Below are positions 1 to 8,835 of a DNA stretch of 32,000 nt, in pieces. The stretch covers positions 1-32,000 of the forward strand of contig SHMX01000005.1 of the NCBI GenBank assembly GCA_008080745.1. Direction: 5' to 3'. Both the position numbers and the translations under genes were made by a program. The stretch comes from Candidatus Thorarchaeota archaeon (lineage in GTDB: Archaea > Asgardarchaeota > Thorarchaeia > Thorarchaeales > Thorarchaeaceae). Positions within the stretch are counted from its first letter, which is position 1. The number at the start of each line of letters is the position of its first letter. Below the pieces are notes generated by a model. That model was given only the letters and a program-made list of their open reading frames with translations. It ran no database searches and was not told the origin of the DNA.

Positions 1-558
1 CTGAGCTCCATCGTTCGCAAGATGCAGAACAACTGGGAACGGAAGCATCCTACCAAGGAGAGTCCTCATCATCTCAGGAAGAAGGAGCGGTTCTTGGACG
101 CCCTCTGGCGAAAGGTCCGGAGGGTGGACCGAGAGATAGCTCGATTGGTGGCCTATCGTACCACGTGGTTCTGCGAGGAGCACGGGGTCAAGACCCTGTT
201 CTTTGAGAACCTCAAGTCATACAAGCCGCCAAAGGGATGGGTTGCAGGAACGCTCTCGTGGAAACTGTCTACGAACTTGTGGGCCAAGATCCTTGATACC
301 ACCACCTACATGCGGCAACAGTTGGGACACAAGTACGGTGGGGTCTGGACCGTGAATCCTGCCTACACCTCTCAGGACTGTCATGCCTGTGGTGAACGGG
401 GAATACGGGTGGAGAAGCAGGGAGCTCGAACCAAACGTCCCGGTGGAGAGTATTTCTACTGTCCTCACTGTGAGTCAGAGTTACATGCGGATGTCAATGC
501 CGCGAGAAATATCATTGACGTCTATCAGTCCAGTACCGTTGCTGGACGGACTGCTTGA
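1..558 (+). mobile_element. tnpB: TnpB (IS200/IS605-family RNA-guided nuclease), C-terminal part; ORF open at the left window edge
   Basis: Frame 1 is open from base 1. It shows the RuvC-II Glu (FFENL), the VNPAYTSQDCHACG...CPHC zinc finger and the RuvC-III Asp (HADVNAARNI). GC is higher than in the flank (hand counts: 32/60 and 35/60 in lines 1 and 121, versus 24/60 in line 661). Confidence 0.9.
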
Positions 559-586
559 TGTCCAAGTTTGTCCAAGTAACAATCAA
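489..586 (+). ncRNA. Candidate 3' part of the TnpB omega-RNA scaffold / element right end
   Basis: Two stems lie in the tnpB 3' end: 489-499 pairs with 513-523 (GGATGTCAATG/CATTGACGTCT, two GU pairs), and CAGTCC 526-531 pairs with GGACTG 548-553 (alternative GTCCAG/CTGGAC). A TCAA at 583-586 resembles IS605-type right ends. The boundary is inferred. Confidence 0.4.
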
Positions 587-599
587 CGGTCTAATCAAA

Positions 600-1010
600 A
601 TGCCACGCCAAAGGAATCACAATCAAAGAGACTACACCCTCTTTGAAGGACCATTATTACAGAGTATACAATCTTATTTAGTTAAGAAGCTCAAGCGGGT
701 AGCTTCCAGCTCATCTGATGAATACCCCTCTGCAATTATTGGCAGCAACACATTAGCAGATCAGTTCATTTTAGAGAATTGGGGTATTAGAAAATCACAA
801 CGGGTGAGCTATCGCAATCTGTTTCAACGAGTGCGGTTAGAATGCAGATCTATATTTAATCGATACCTACGTCTAGGCAGATTGGAGATAGATGCTGAAA
901 CCAGAAAATACGCATTTAGAGTTTACAAATTCAGTGAAAATCGGGGAAACCTGATTCTTGGATTTGTTAAGTATTCAAGAAATTCTGAATGGGCTCCCTC
1001 AGCTTCATGA
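600..1010 (+). CDS. Hypothetical protein (start ATG 600, or 555/558 overlapping the tnpB stop)
   Basis: Open frame with host-like composition; no recognisable motif. Confidence 0.55.
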   Translation: MPRQRNHNQRDYTLFEGPLLQSIQSYLVKKLKRVASSSSDEYPSAIIGSNTLADQFILENWGIRKSQRVSYRNLFQRVRLECRSIFNRYLRLGRLEIDAETRKYAFRVYKFSENRGNLILGFVKYSRNSEWAPSAS

Positions 1011-1031
1011 TTGAAAATATACTCAAAGGGA

Positions 1032-1421
1032 CTATGGGTTGTCACCAAACTCAGCAGTTAGTCTCCGAAGTAGGGGCGTTCGAACTGATTGCATAATGAG
1101 CTCACTACCCTTCTCCGTAAGAGTCCCCTTTACAAAAATATGTCCTGACGAACGGATATACACCAGCTTTCTTTTCTTTAGTTTTTCAAGACTAGAAAGT
1201 ACAAGCTGTGTTAGCTCATCATCTGTAAGATCAAGCTTTCCCATTGGATTTTGAAGTGACTGTGACATCCTGAGAATATTCTTCATAGAACTTAATTGTC
1301 GTCGATTATTCTCATATGGACTTGAGAACATCCAAAGTAGAACTATGAGGTCTGTTATCTCAAGATCTATGTCTGGATTCCTCTCGATAATCTTCTGGGC
1401 TACAAGTTCTACTATTGGCAT
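1032..1421 (-). CDS. Winged-helix-like hypothetical protein
   Basis: C-terminal SLEKLKKRKLVYI...GTLTEKG pattern typical of a wHTH recognition helix plus wing. Confidence 0.55.
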   Translation of the reverse strand: MPIVELVAQKIIERNPDIDLEITDLIVLLWMFSSPYENNRRQLSSMKNILRMSQSLQNPMGKLDLTDDELTQLVLSSLEKLKKRKLVYIRSSGHIFVKGTLTEKGSELIMQSVRTPLLRRLTAEFGDNP

Positions 1422-1466
1422 TTTCTTACCATGTCCGTTTTCTCATTATTATTACCAACCGATTTC

Positions 1467-2177
1467 TTATATCAGTTGCACAACACCAGGCTTTGGTTCA
1501 AATATCTCTCCTGTTCTCATAAGCTTCTCCAGAGAATCTTCTACCGAACTTTCCGATATTCCTGTATCTGTAAAATTATGGATTAATTCCTCAACATCAA
1601 CAGGGCCTCCTCTTTCATGAAGTATCTTTACAATGTCTTTTGATACATCGACCTTTCGACCTGGATCAGCTTCTTCCTGTTGTTCTATTCTTACTAGTTT
1701 GACTTTCCATGGTCTAGGAAATATCAACACACCTGCATTTGCTAACTTATTCAACTGTCCCTCCACCCAGGGCCAATCGAGTTGGTATTCAGAACATACT
1801 TCTTCTATATGGTCCAGAGTGCAGCCCTTTCCCTTAGCCTCTCTCTCAAGTAGGGTCATTAATCGCTTACTCTTTCCTGTGGGTAGAGCTTGCCCATCTT
1901 CATCTACTATGTCTTCAACTTCAATTCTTTCTTTAGGTACTAGCTTCAAGATCTTCTCCCGAGAACGTTCTGCCACCTTCTGGAATTTATCATCCCTTTG
2001 TGCATTATATTCCCTGACTGCTGCTGAAGCTTCTTGTGGTGTTTCATATAGTGCCTTCCTCACCTTTTTGATATCGATGAATGAACCGCAATAGGAGCAT
2101 CGACGTCTCTTCTGCCCCACTGGGGCCAGTGTAAACCTATGGCATTTCGAACACATGAATACAAAATACTGTTTCAA
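1467..2177 (-). CDS. DUF1922-like zinc-ribbon protein with C-terminal winged-helix domains
   Basis: N-terminal CSKC...CSYC with YETPQEASAAVREYN. The C-terminus LEKLMRTGEIFEPKPG resembles the MCM-type WH domain. Confidence 0.65.
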   Translation of the reverse strand: MKQYFVFMCSKCHRFTLAPVGQKRRRCSYCGSFIDIKKVRKALYETPQEASAAVREYNAQRDDKFQKVAERSREKILKLVPKERIEVEDIVDEDGQALPTGKSKRLMTLLEREAKGKGCTLDHIEEVCSEYQLDWPWVEGQLNKLANAGVLIFPRPWKVKLVRIEQQEEADPGRKVDVSKDIVKILHERGGPVDVEELIHNFTDTGISESSVEDSLEKLMRTGEIFEPKPGVVQLI

Positions 2178-2297
2178 GATGATTTACTCCAGTTTCAATT
2201 TAGTATAAGTTTGTGAGTATATAATGCTCTCTCTCAAAATCCATATGTTAACAGTTATATCTCCACACAAGACTCGCAGACGTCGGAGACGTGTATC

Positions 2298-2519
2298 ATG
2301 GCGAAGAAGGCCAAAGCTATTCTTGTTGACGAAAGGCTCTGTAAGGGCTGTCATATCTGTATATCTGTTTGTCCGCATGGTGCCCTCAAGAAGGCAGAAA
2401 ACGTTGACAATCGGGGATTCTTTCTTCCTACCGTGGTAGACTTGGAAGCGTGCAAGGTCTGCAAATTATGTGAAATGGAATGTCCGGATTTTGCAATAAC
2501 TGTTGTTGTAGAAGAATAA
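2298..2519 (+). CDS. 2x[4Fe-4S] ferredoxin (2-oxoacid:ferredoxin oxidoreductase delta-subunit-like)
   Basis: CKGCHICISVCP and CKVCKLCEMECPDFAI motifs. Confidence 0.9.
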   Translation: MAKKAKAILVDERLCKGCHICISVCPHGALKKAENVDNRGFFLPTVVDLEACKVCKLCEMECPDFAITVVVEE

Positions 2520-2617
2520 AAGATGTAGCTCGGCACATAATATCGAGTGATTCATAATACATACTGTAATTAGTTGCAAGTGAGTATATTTTCTGACACG
2601 AAAGTGGTGTAAAGACA

Positions 2618-3178
2618 TTGGAGAATCCCAATATCAAGATCCTTCTGGAATTACGAAGCGACATGGAAGAGCAGATTGAAAAACATCGGAGAGAAATTGA
2701 TAGATTACAATCATACATTCAAGCTTTGGATTCGATGATTGATGTTGGAAGTTTCTCGACTGCGGATGCGGTTATGGTTCAGACTCAACAAGAGGGTAAT
2801 GAGGAACAACCAGAAGAAGAGCCTGAAATGAAGTCTATAGTCATTATGAATAAGGCGCGTGACTTAGAATTGGCAACAATAGAGATTCTTGATCAAGACT
2901 TACGAATTATCCCCGCTGAGGATGCAATCTATGATATCAAGCTAGGTGCTTTCGCAAGATTCTTTCTTGACAAAATTTTAGGCGAATTTCAACGAGAGGA
3001 TCGACAGAAGGTTGAAGATGATGAACTTGACTGGGAAGATGCTTTTGAATTCAATGTCATTGCTGAGGATGGTATTTTGGATGAGATATTGATTCAAAAT
3101 TATGGTGACGAGTCCCGTCTGAATGAGATTCAACGTACTCTGAGATGGTCTCTAGAGAAGATTCATCGCCACAAGTAG
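2618..3178 (+). CDS. Archaeal hypothetical protein with N-terminal coiled coil
   Basis: Long acidic ORF with heptad-like N-terminus; TTG start. Confidence 0.7.
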   Translation: MENPNIKILLELRSDMEEQIEKHRREIDRLQSYIQALDSMIDVGSFSTADAVMVQTQQEGNEEQPEEEPEMKSIVIMNKARDLELATIEILDQDLRIIPAEDAIYDIKLGAFARFFLDKILGEFQREDRQKVEDDELDWEDAFEFNVIAEDGILDEILIQNYGDESRLNEIQRTLRWSLEKIHRHK

Positions 3179-3285
3179 TTACCTTAAAAAAGGCGCGCAA
3201 TGGAAATAGAGGCAAGTTATTTATAACGCCAATTTTTGTTGAGTATTTATACGCTAAAGTCTAGAGGAAGAGGAGCGTAGCAAAA

Positions 3286-3897
3286 GTGGCTCATATCGAA
3301 AATACTAGTATGGTTGTTAGCCCTCAAGTAGTGGTTAACACTGTACGCGATGCGCATGAATACTATCAAGGGCATAGAATAGATGAACGTTATGAGGCCA
3401 TGGCCCTGGATTTGATTCGTCGTTATGTTTCTCAAGAAGGTTTACCTCGTGATGCTGAACCATTCTTTGGTGCTACTCTGTATATGGTAACAAGGCATCC
3501 TTGGAGTCACCCTAATCCCCTCACCAAGACTGAATTTGCAGCAAAATTGAGAATGAAAGAGTCAAGCCTTGATTGGTATACTGCTAGCATTGTTGAGAAG
3601 CTAGACTTTGTGGTGATGCACGACAGAGGGCATCTCCCCTTCTTTCTCGATCCTGAAGGAACAATAATGAGTGTTGTAAATTCCATAGTGAAATCCAGTG
3701 TTGGTGAAGAAGTAGTACATAGTATTGTACGCGGAAGTGTCGTTGCACCCCATGCACTTGCAGATCGTATTGTTGATCGTTTATGTAGTGTAGTAAAAAT
3801 AATCCCCTCTGCATTCGAGCAAGAACTTCATGTAGTCGTCGAGAGAAAAATTGAGGAAGTCAGCAGTCAACTGTTAAACGAGCTAAATCGCGAATAA
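3286..3897 (+). CDS. Hypothetical protein with a putative single TFB/cyclin-like helical domain
   Basis: PRDAEPFFGATLYMVT...LTKTEFAAKLRMKESSLDWYTASIVEKL aligns by eye with TFB GRDPLGLAAAAIYVAS...RTQREIAEVARVTEVTVRNRYKEIVKRL. GAGGAG RBS upstream. Confidence 0.6.
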   Translation: MAHIENTSMVVSPQVVVNTVRDAHEYYQGHRIDERYEAMALDLIRRYVSQEGLPRDAEPFFGATLYMVTRHPWSHPNPLTKTEFAAKLRMKESSLDWYTASIVEKLDFVVMHDRGHLPFFLDPEGTIMSVVNSIVKSSVGEEVVHSIVRGSVVAPHALADRIVDRLCSVVKIIPSAFEQELHVVVERKIEEVSSQLLNELNRE

Positions 3898-3903
3898 ACT
3901 CGA

Positions 3904-4200
3904 TTAACTGTTCTCTGGTTGAAGCGCAACTTCCTCCACAAATCTCTTTCCAGCAACAACTTGATCGATTGAGTGAATTACAGCGCCAGCCTCTTCAAGA
4001 ATCTCTTTTATTGACTCGTACTGAAGGTCATCACCTTCTAACGTTATAGCAATACTCTCAGTATTCTGGTCAACCTCTTTTAGAGAAATATTGAGACCAT
4101 TCACCCTATCATCTCTTGCAAGCATAAGCGCAAGATCTGTTAATCTTGGCGTGTGTGGTTTCAAAACATCTAGGACAATTCGTCTAATGCCATGGGGCAA
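3904..4200 (-). CDS. DUF211 family protein
   Basis: RRIVLDVLKPH...ITLEG...IHSIDQVVAG signature. Confidence 0.88.
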   Translation of the reverse strand: MPHGIRRIVLDVLKPHTPRLTDLALMLARDDRVNGLNISLKEVDQNTESIAITLEGDDLQYESIKEILEEAGAVIHSIDQVVAGKRFVEEVALQPENS

Positions 4201-4334
4201 TATTATCGCTTACTCCGCAAATAACCTCAGGGGTCATATTTGTCTTTGAGTTCAATTACCAATCTCTTGTTAAAGCTTACGTAGGTGGTAATTTTTCACA
4301 ATTCTGTGAACTAGATTGATGTCTGTTTGTTAAA

Positions 4335-4748
4335 ATGAGTGGAATTGTTTTCCTCAAGCCTTATAATCGATTCCACGCAAAAAAGTATGTGGCCTCACTT
4401 GAGGCAACGCCGGGAATCAAAGGAAGGATGTCGAGCTTGAAACAAGACCGATTGACAGATTATTCAGCTGAGAAAATACACGAAATGACAACCACAGAAT
4501 ACACTCCGATATCTGTACCATCATCTCGTTTTCTAGATATTGACGAAGATTACAAATCTCATCCGCTATGGACGATATTGGTAGAATGTGTGAAGCGAAA
4601 CCCACTCTACCCTGGTCTTGTTAGCTACTTTCGATCCAAAATCCAACCTGACTCACCTGACATGTCTCCCCGAGAGTTGGCAAGTAAACTTTCCATAACT
4701 GTTGGCGAGGCTCTGGTAATCCTACATGACTGTGTAAAACCCGAATAG
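4335..4748 (+). CDS. Hypothetical protein, possible C-terminal HTH
   Basis: MSPRELASKLSITVGEALVIL resembles an HTH; start codon uncertain. Confidence 0.55.
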   Translation: MSGIVFLKPYNRFHAKKYVASLEATPGIKGRMSSLKQDRLTDYSAEKIHEMTTTEYTPISVPSSRFLDIDEDYKSHPLWTILVECVKRNPLYPGLVSYFRSKIQPDSPDMSPRELASKLSITVGEALVILHDCVKPE

Positions 4749-4808
4749 CTTAGTCCCTTCCATTAGCTTTAATGCGACTCGATTGTTTGAATGTATTGGG
4801 TCCGAAGA

Positions 4809-5885
4809 ATGTTTGATAAAGAATTTCGAAGCGGAAAATATGCTAAAGCTGTAGTGAAGGAAATAACTCGGCTTAGCAAAGGTAAGTCCGTTCGGATTGT
4901 CCATGTCTGTGGCACTCATGAACATACTATCAGCCACAATGGCATTCGATCAATACTCCCTTCTGAAATAGAACTTATTGCAGGACCTGGTTGTCCAGTA
5001 TGTGTCTGTGCTGCAAGTGACATCGATATGGCTATTGAGTTGGCACGACAAGGGCATATCATCACGACATTTGGTGATATGATTAGAGTTCCATCAACCA
5101 ATTCTTCATTGGCAAAGGAGCGAACTAAAGGTGCTGACGTCCGAATTGTATACGGCCCAAATGATGCTGTGGAGATTGCAAAGAAGAATCCAGACAAACA
5201 AGTAGTGTTCATCGGCGTTGGATTCGAAACCACTGCTCCAACAATGGCAATAGAGATATCCAAAACACCTCCTGAGAATTTTTCATTGTTGACCTCTCTC
5301 AAGATTATCCCTCCAGCTATGGAGATTCTTGTAAATATAGAGGGGTTGAATATTGATGGATTTCTTACTCCTGGCCACGTATCAGCAATTATTGGCACAG
5401 AGGCCTATACCCCTTTAGCTAAAAAACACAAAATTCCATGTGTGGCAGCAGGGTTCGAACCACTCGATGTCTTGGAGGGAGTTCGAATGCTCTTGGTACA
5501 AATCGAAGAGGGCCGTAGTGATTCTGAGAATGAATACACTCGTGTAGTACGTCCTGATGGGAATCCAATTGCTAAGAAGATTCTCTCAGAAGTCTTCGAG
5601 ATTGATGATGCACCTTGGCGGGGTCTTGGTAACCTTCCCGATTCTGGAATGTATTTGCGTGAAAAATATTCAGAATTTGATGCGCGATTGCGGTTTGAGT
5701 ATCCTGAGTTTGAATCTGTAGATATTCTTCCTGGATGCCGATGCCATGAAGTCATTCTGGGTATGGTTGACCCCTCTGATTGCTCACTCTATGGGAAGAG
5801 GTGTATCCCTGAAAATCCATATGGTCCTTGTATGGTCGGTCATGAGGGTACATGTCGAATCCGTTATGAAAGTCAAGGCTTGTAG
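4809..5885 (+). CDS. hypD: [NiFe]-hydrogenase maturation protein HypD
   Basis: VCGTHEH, GPGCPVCVC, GFETT, PGHVS and C-terminal GCRC...C...C...GPCMV..EGTC motifs. ATG 4809 preferred over 4791. Confidence 0.97.
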   Translation: MFDKEFRSGKYAKAVVKEITRLSKGKSVRIVHVCGTHEHTISHNGIRSILPSEIELIAGPGCPVCVCAASDIDMAIELARQGHIITTFGDMIRVPSTNSSLAKERTKGADVRIVYGPNDAVEIAKKNPDKQVVFIGVGFETTAPTMAIEISKTPPENFSLLTSLKIIPPAMEILVNIEGLNIDGFLTPGHVSAIIGTEAYTPLAKKHKIPCVAAGFEPLDVLEGVRMLLVQIEEGRSDSENEYTRVVRPDGNPIAKKILSEVFEIDDAPWRGLGNLPDSGMYLREKYSEFDARLRFEYPEFESVDILPGCRCHEVILGMVDPSDCSLYGKRCIPENPYGPCMVGHEGTCRIRYESQGL

Positions 5886-5960
5886 GTAAATCCCCTTAAG
5901 CTACTCAAATACCAGTTATTTTTTCTTATTTATTGACTCTCTGTAACGCTGATTTAGGAA

Positions 5961-6587
5961 TTATGTCCGTTTTCTTGTCCTCTTCTCGAGCTGTCTAAGA
6001 TCATTCTCCGTGTTAACATTCACAAAACTCACTAGATCTGGGTCAAACTGTTTGAGAACCGCTGTTGATACGTAAAGAACATTCCTAAGGCCATCTAGGA
6101 GGTCTTTCATCTTGTATTTCCCTGCATCTTCAAGATCAAGTCCTACTCCATATGCATGTTCTGCTAGATATACTGCATGTAACGGTTCGATATAGCCTGA
6201 AGGCCAAGATGGAACAATTGCTCCATGATTTCCTATCATCTGGTAGAGCACTCTGAGCATTGCAGGTACCGCTAGAGGTGTATCAACCGGCAACAGCATG
6301 ACATATGGAGTTTCAGCATATTCAAAAGCAGTGATAGCTCCTGAGAGAGCACTCTTAACCTCAGTATCTGGATCCATAACAATATTCTCTGACTTTATCA
6401 TTTCTGCAATTGCTTGTTGCTGGGATTCTTCAGATACCACAATGATGATGTTTTCCGATAACTGCCTTGCAATCTCTACCATATGTTGTATCAAGGGCTT
6501 ACCGTGAAAAAGTGCAAGAGGTTTTTCAGTCCTGAATCTTGAGGAGTTTCCACCAGCCAATATTGCAATAGTCAAATCTTCAGGCAT
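5961..6587 (-). CDS. mobA: Molybdenum cofactor guanylyltransferase
   Basis: ILAGGNSSRF..EK, LLPVDTP, EPLHAVY and FVNVNTENDL motifs. Confidence 0.88.
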   Translation of the reverse strand: MPEDLTIAILAGGNSSRFRTEKPLALFHGKPLIQHMVEIARQLSENIIIVVSEESQQQAIAEMIKSENIVMDPDTEVKSALSGAITAFEYAETPYVMLLPVDTPLAVPAMLRVLYQMIGNHGAIVPSWPSGYIEPLHAVYLAEHAYGVGLDLEDAGKYKMKDLLDGLRNVLYVSTAVLKQFDPDLVSFVNVNTENDLRQLEKRTRKRT

Positions 6588-6671
6588 AATTCATCACAAT
6601 CAGTGGTCCTTGAAAAGGAATATGGGAAAAAGATTTGGGATGGACCAGATTATCTGGTCCAACTTCAATTA

Positions 6672-8642
6672 TTATTCGTGTGCTGAAAGGTATTCAGTAA
6701 TCATAGCCGCAATTTGACCATCCGTGTAATGTTGAGAACGAATGGCGCCACTTGCACAAGTGGAGGTACAAGTTCCACATCCTTTGCATTGTGCTGGGTT
6801 GACTTGTGCCTTACCACGCTCATTTATTGTTACTGCATTGTATGGACAGACTGATACGCAGACTTGACATCCTGCACATTTATCCTCGTCAACAACAGAG
6901 TAATAGGGCTCAACAGTAATCTTGCCTTTGCCCATTAGTGCCATTGCTCCAGCTGCGGCTGCTTTTGCTTGTGCTACCGTATCAGGAATATCCTTAGGCC
7001 CTTGAGCCATACCCGCCACAAATACACCATCATTGAAGCTATCCACAGGTCTCAGTTTTGGATGTGCTTCCATCAAAAAGCCATCTGGTGATATGCTCAG
7101 ATTAAGTACGTTTCCAATCTTTTTCGCTTTGACTGATGGTACTACTCCAGTGGATAGAACGACTAGGTCTACATTCTCAAGTTCGATTGGTTTGGATAGA
7201 AGGGTATCTTCTCCTCGGACAATCAGTTTTTTCGTCTTTTCATCTTCAAGAATCTGCCCAACTCTACCTCTAATGAAGGTTACACCTGCCTCTGCAGTAG
7301 ATTCATAGAACTCTTCGTATCCTTTTCCAAAGGTTCTCAAATCTATGTAGAATAACCATATTTCAGCCCCAGTCTTATCGCGAATCATTCTAGCCTGTTT
7401 GATTGCTGTCATACAACAAATCCGTGAGCAATACCTGTTTGTTCGTTCATCTCGACTACCTACACATTGGATATACACGATTTTCTTGGGTTCTTGAAGG
7501 TCAGAGGGTCGAACAACATGTCCTTGAGTGGGACCAGCTGCATTAAGCATACGTTCAATCTCCCCAATATTTACTACATTCAAGAAATCTCCGTATCCAT
7601 ATTCTTCCTTCAAAGTTGCATCGAACAAATCAAATCCGGTAGCAACAATTATCGTGCCTACTTCAATCTCGATGGATTTCTCACGGTCATCATAATTGAT
7701 TGCTTCAGCTTCACATGCATCTTTGCATTTTCCGCATCGCACTGCGTCTACACCAAGGCAGTTTTCCATATCCAGAAGATATGCAGATGGAACTGCTTGT
7801 GCAAAGGGAATATAGATTGCTTTTCGGTATCCCAGATTTGCATCGAACTCTGCTGGAATATCTACGGGGCATATATCAGAACAGTCCCCACAAGAAGTAC
7901 ATGCATCGACATCTACATATCTTGGCTGTTGCTTGACAGTGACAGTGAAATTCCCCACGTATCCATCTACTTTCTCTACTTCTGCCATAGTCAAAAGCTC
8001 AATATTGGGATGAGATCCCACTTCTGCCATCCTTGGAGTCAAAATACAGCTTGAGCAATCCAGAGTTGGGAATGTCTTATCCCATTGACTCATCTTCCCT
8101 CCTATGCTGGGTTCTTTTTCTACCAGGTACACTTTAAATCCCGCATTAGCAAGGTCCAAAGCTGCTGATATTCCCGCAATTCCTGCACCCACGATGAGGG
8201 TGCTTTTCTTAATATCTACAACTGGCTCTTCGAGTGGCTCTAGAAGTCTTGCACGAGCTATAGCCATTCTTACTAGGTCAACAGCCTTCTCGGTAGCAGC
8301 TTCTGGGTCATCAGAGTGAATCCAGCTATCATGCTCTCGGATATTTGCTATCTCTAAAAGGAAGGGATTTAGTCCAGCTTCTCGCATAGTCTGCCGAAAC
8401 GTAACTTCGTGCATACGCGGAGAACAGGCAGCAATAACGATTCTTTCTAGCCTATGTTCGTTAATGCAATCTTTGACTATTTGTTGTCCTGGTTTGGAAC
8501 ACACATATTTGTAATCTTCAACATGAGCTACGCCAGGGAGGTCTTTTATCTCCTCCATGACAGTGTCGATATCCACAACACCAGCTATGTTACTTCCGCA
8601 ATGGCAGAGAAATACTCCAATCCGTTTTTCTACAACAGGCAT
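6672..8642 (-). CDS. hdrA: Heterodisulfide reductase subunit A (FAD/Fe-S), Cys form
   Basis: GVFLCHCG, AACSPR, GAGIAG, KTFPTLDCSSC, two ferredoxin motifs, YCSRICC and C-terminal ferredoxins. GGAGTG RBS before ATG 8642 gives 656 aa. Confidence 0.96.
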   Translation of the reverse strand: MPVVEKRIGVFLCHCGSNIAGVVDIDTVMEEIKDLPGVAHVEDYKYVCSKPGQQIVKDCINEHRLERIVIAACSPRMHEVTFRQTMREAGLNPFLLEIANIREHDSWIHSDDPEAATEKAVDLVRMAIARARLLEPLEEPVVDIKKSTLIVGAGIAGISAALDLANAGFKVYLVEKEPSIGGKMSQWDKTFPTLDCSSCILTPRMAEVGSHPNIELLTMAEVEKVDGYVGNFTVTVKQQPRYVDVDACTSCGDCSDICPVDIPAEFDANLGYRKAIYIPFAQAVPSAYLLDMENCLGVDAVRCGKCKDACEAEAINYDDREKSIEIEVGTIIVATGFDLFDATLKEEYGYGDFLNVVNIGEIERMLNAAGPTQGHVVRPSDLQEPKKIVYIQCVGSRDERTNRYCSRICCMTAIKQARMIRDKTGAEIWLFYIDLRTFGKGYEEFYESTAEAGVTFIRGRVGQILEDEKTKKLIVRGEDTLLSKPIELENVDLVVLSTGVVPSVKAKKIGNVLNLSISPDGFLMEAHPKLRPVDSFNDGVFVAGMAQGPKDIPDTVAQAKAAAAGAMALMGKGKITVEPYYSVVDEDKCAGCQVCVSVCPYNAVTINERGKAQVNPAQCKGCGTCTSTCASGAIRSQHYTDGQIAAMITEYLSAHE

Positions 8643-8835
8643 TTTTTTCACTCCAGATTCTGAATGTCGTGGGGGACATTCATCTGAGGATGGTCTTGAC
8701 AAGAAGCCTAAGACTCTCGTGCCTCGATTGGATTAGGGTAATAAAGTATTGTGCTTTGAGGTAAAGTTTTGTTTAACAAATGTGAATTTCTCATAAATCA
8801 TTAAATTTAGGTTAGAGTATGTACAGGTCAAACCT

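Noticed and set aside
559-577. CRISPR-like repeat (TGTCCAAGT x2) after tnpB
   Set aside because: Only 9 bp, two copies, 1-nt spacer; not an array.
6672-8642. Selenoprotein HdrA
   Set aside because: The relevant codons are TGC/TGT and the ORF has no in-frame TGA.
6672-8702. 20-aa N-terminal extension of HdrA as given in the ORF track
   Set aside because: SD GGAGTG directly precedes ATG 8642, which gives a typical ~656-aa HdrA.
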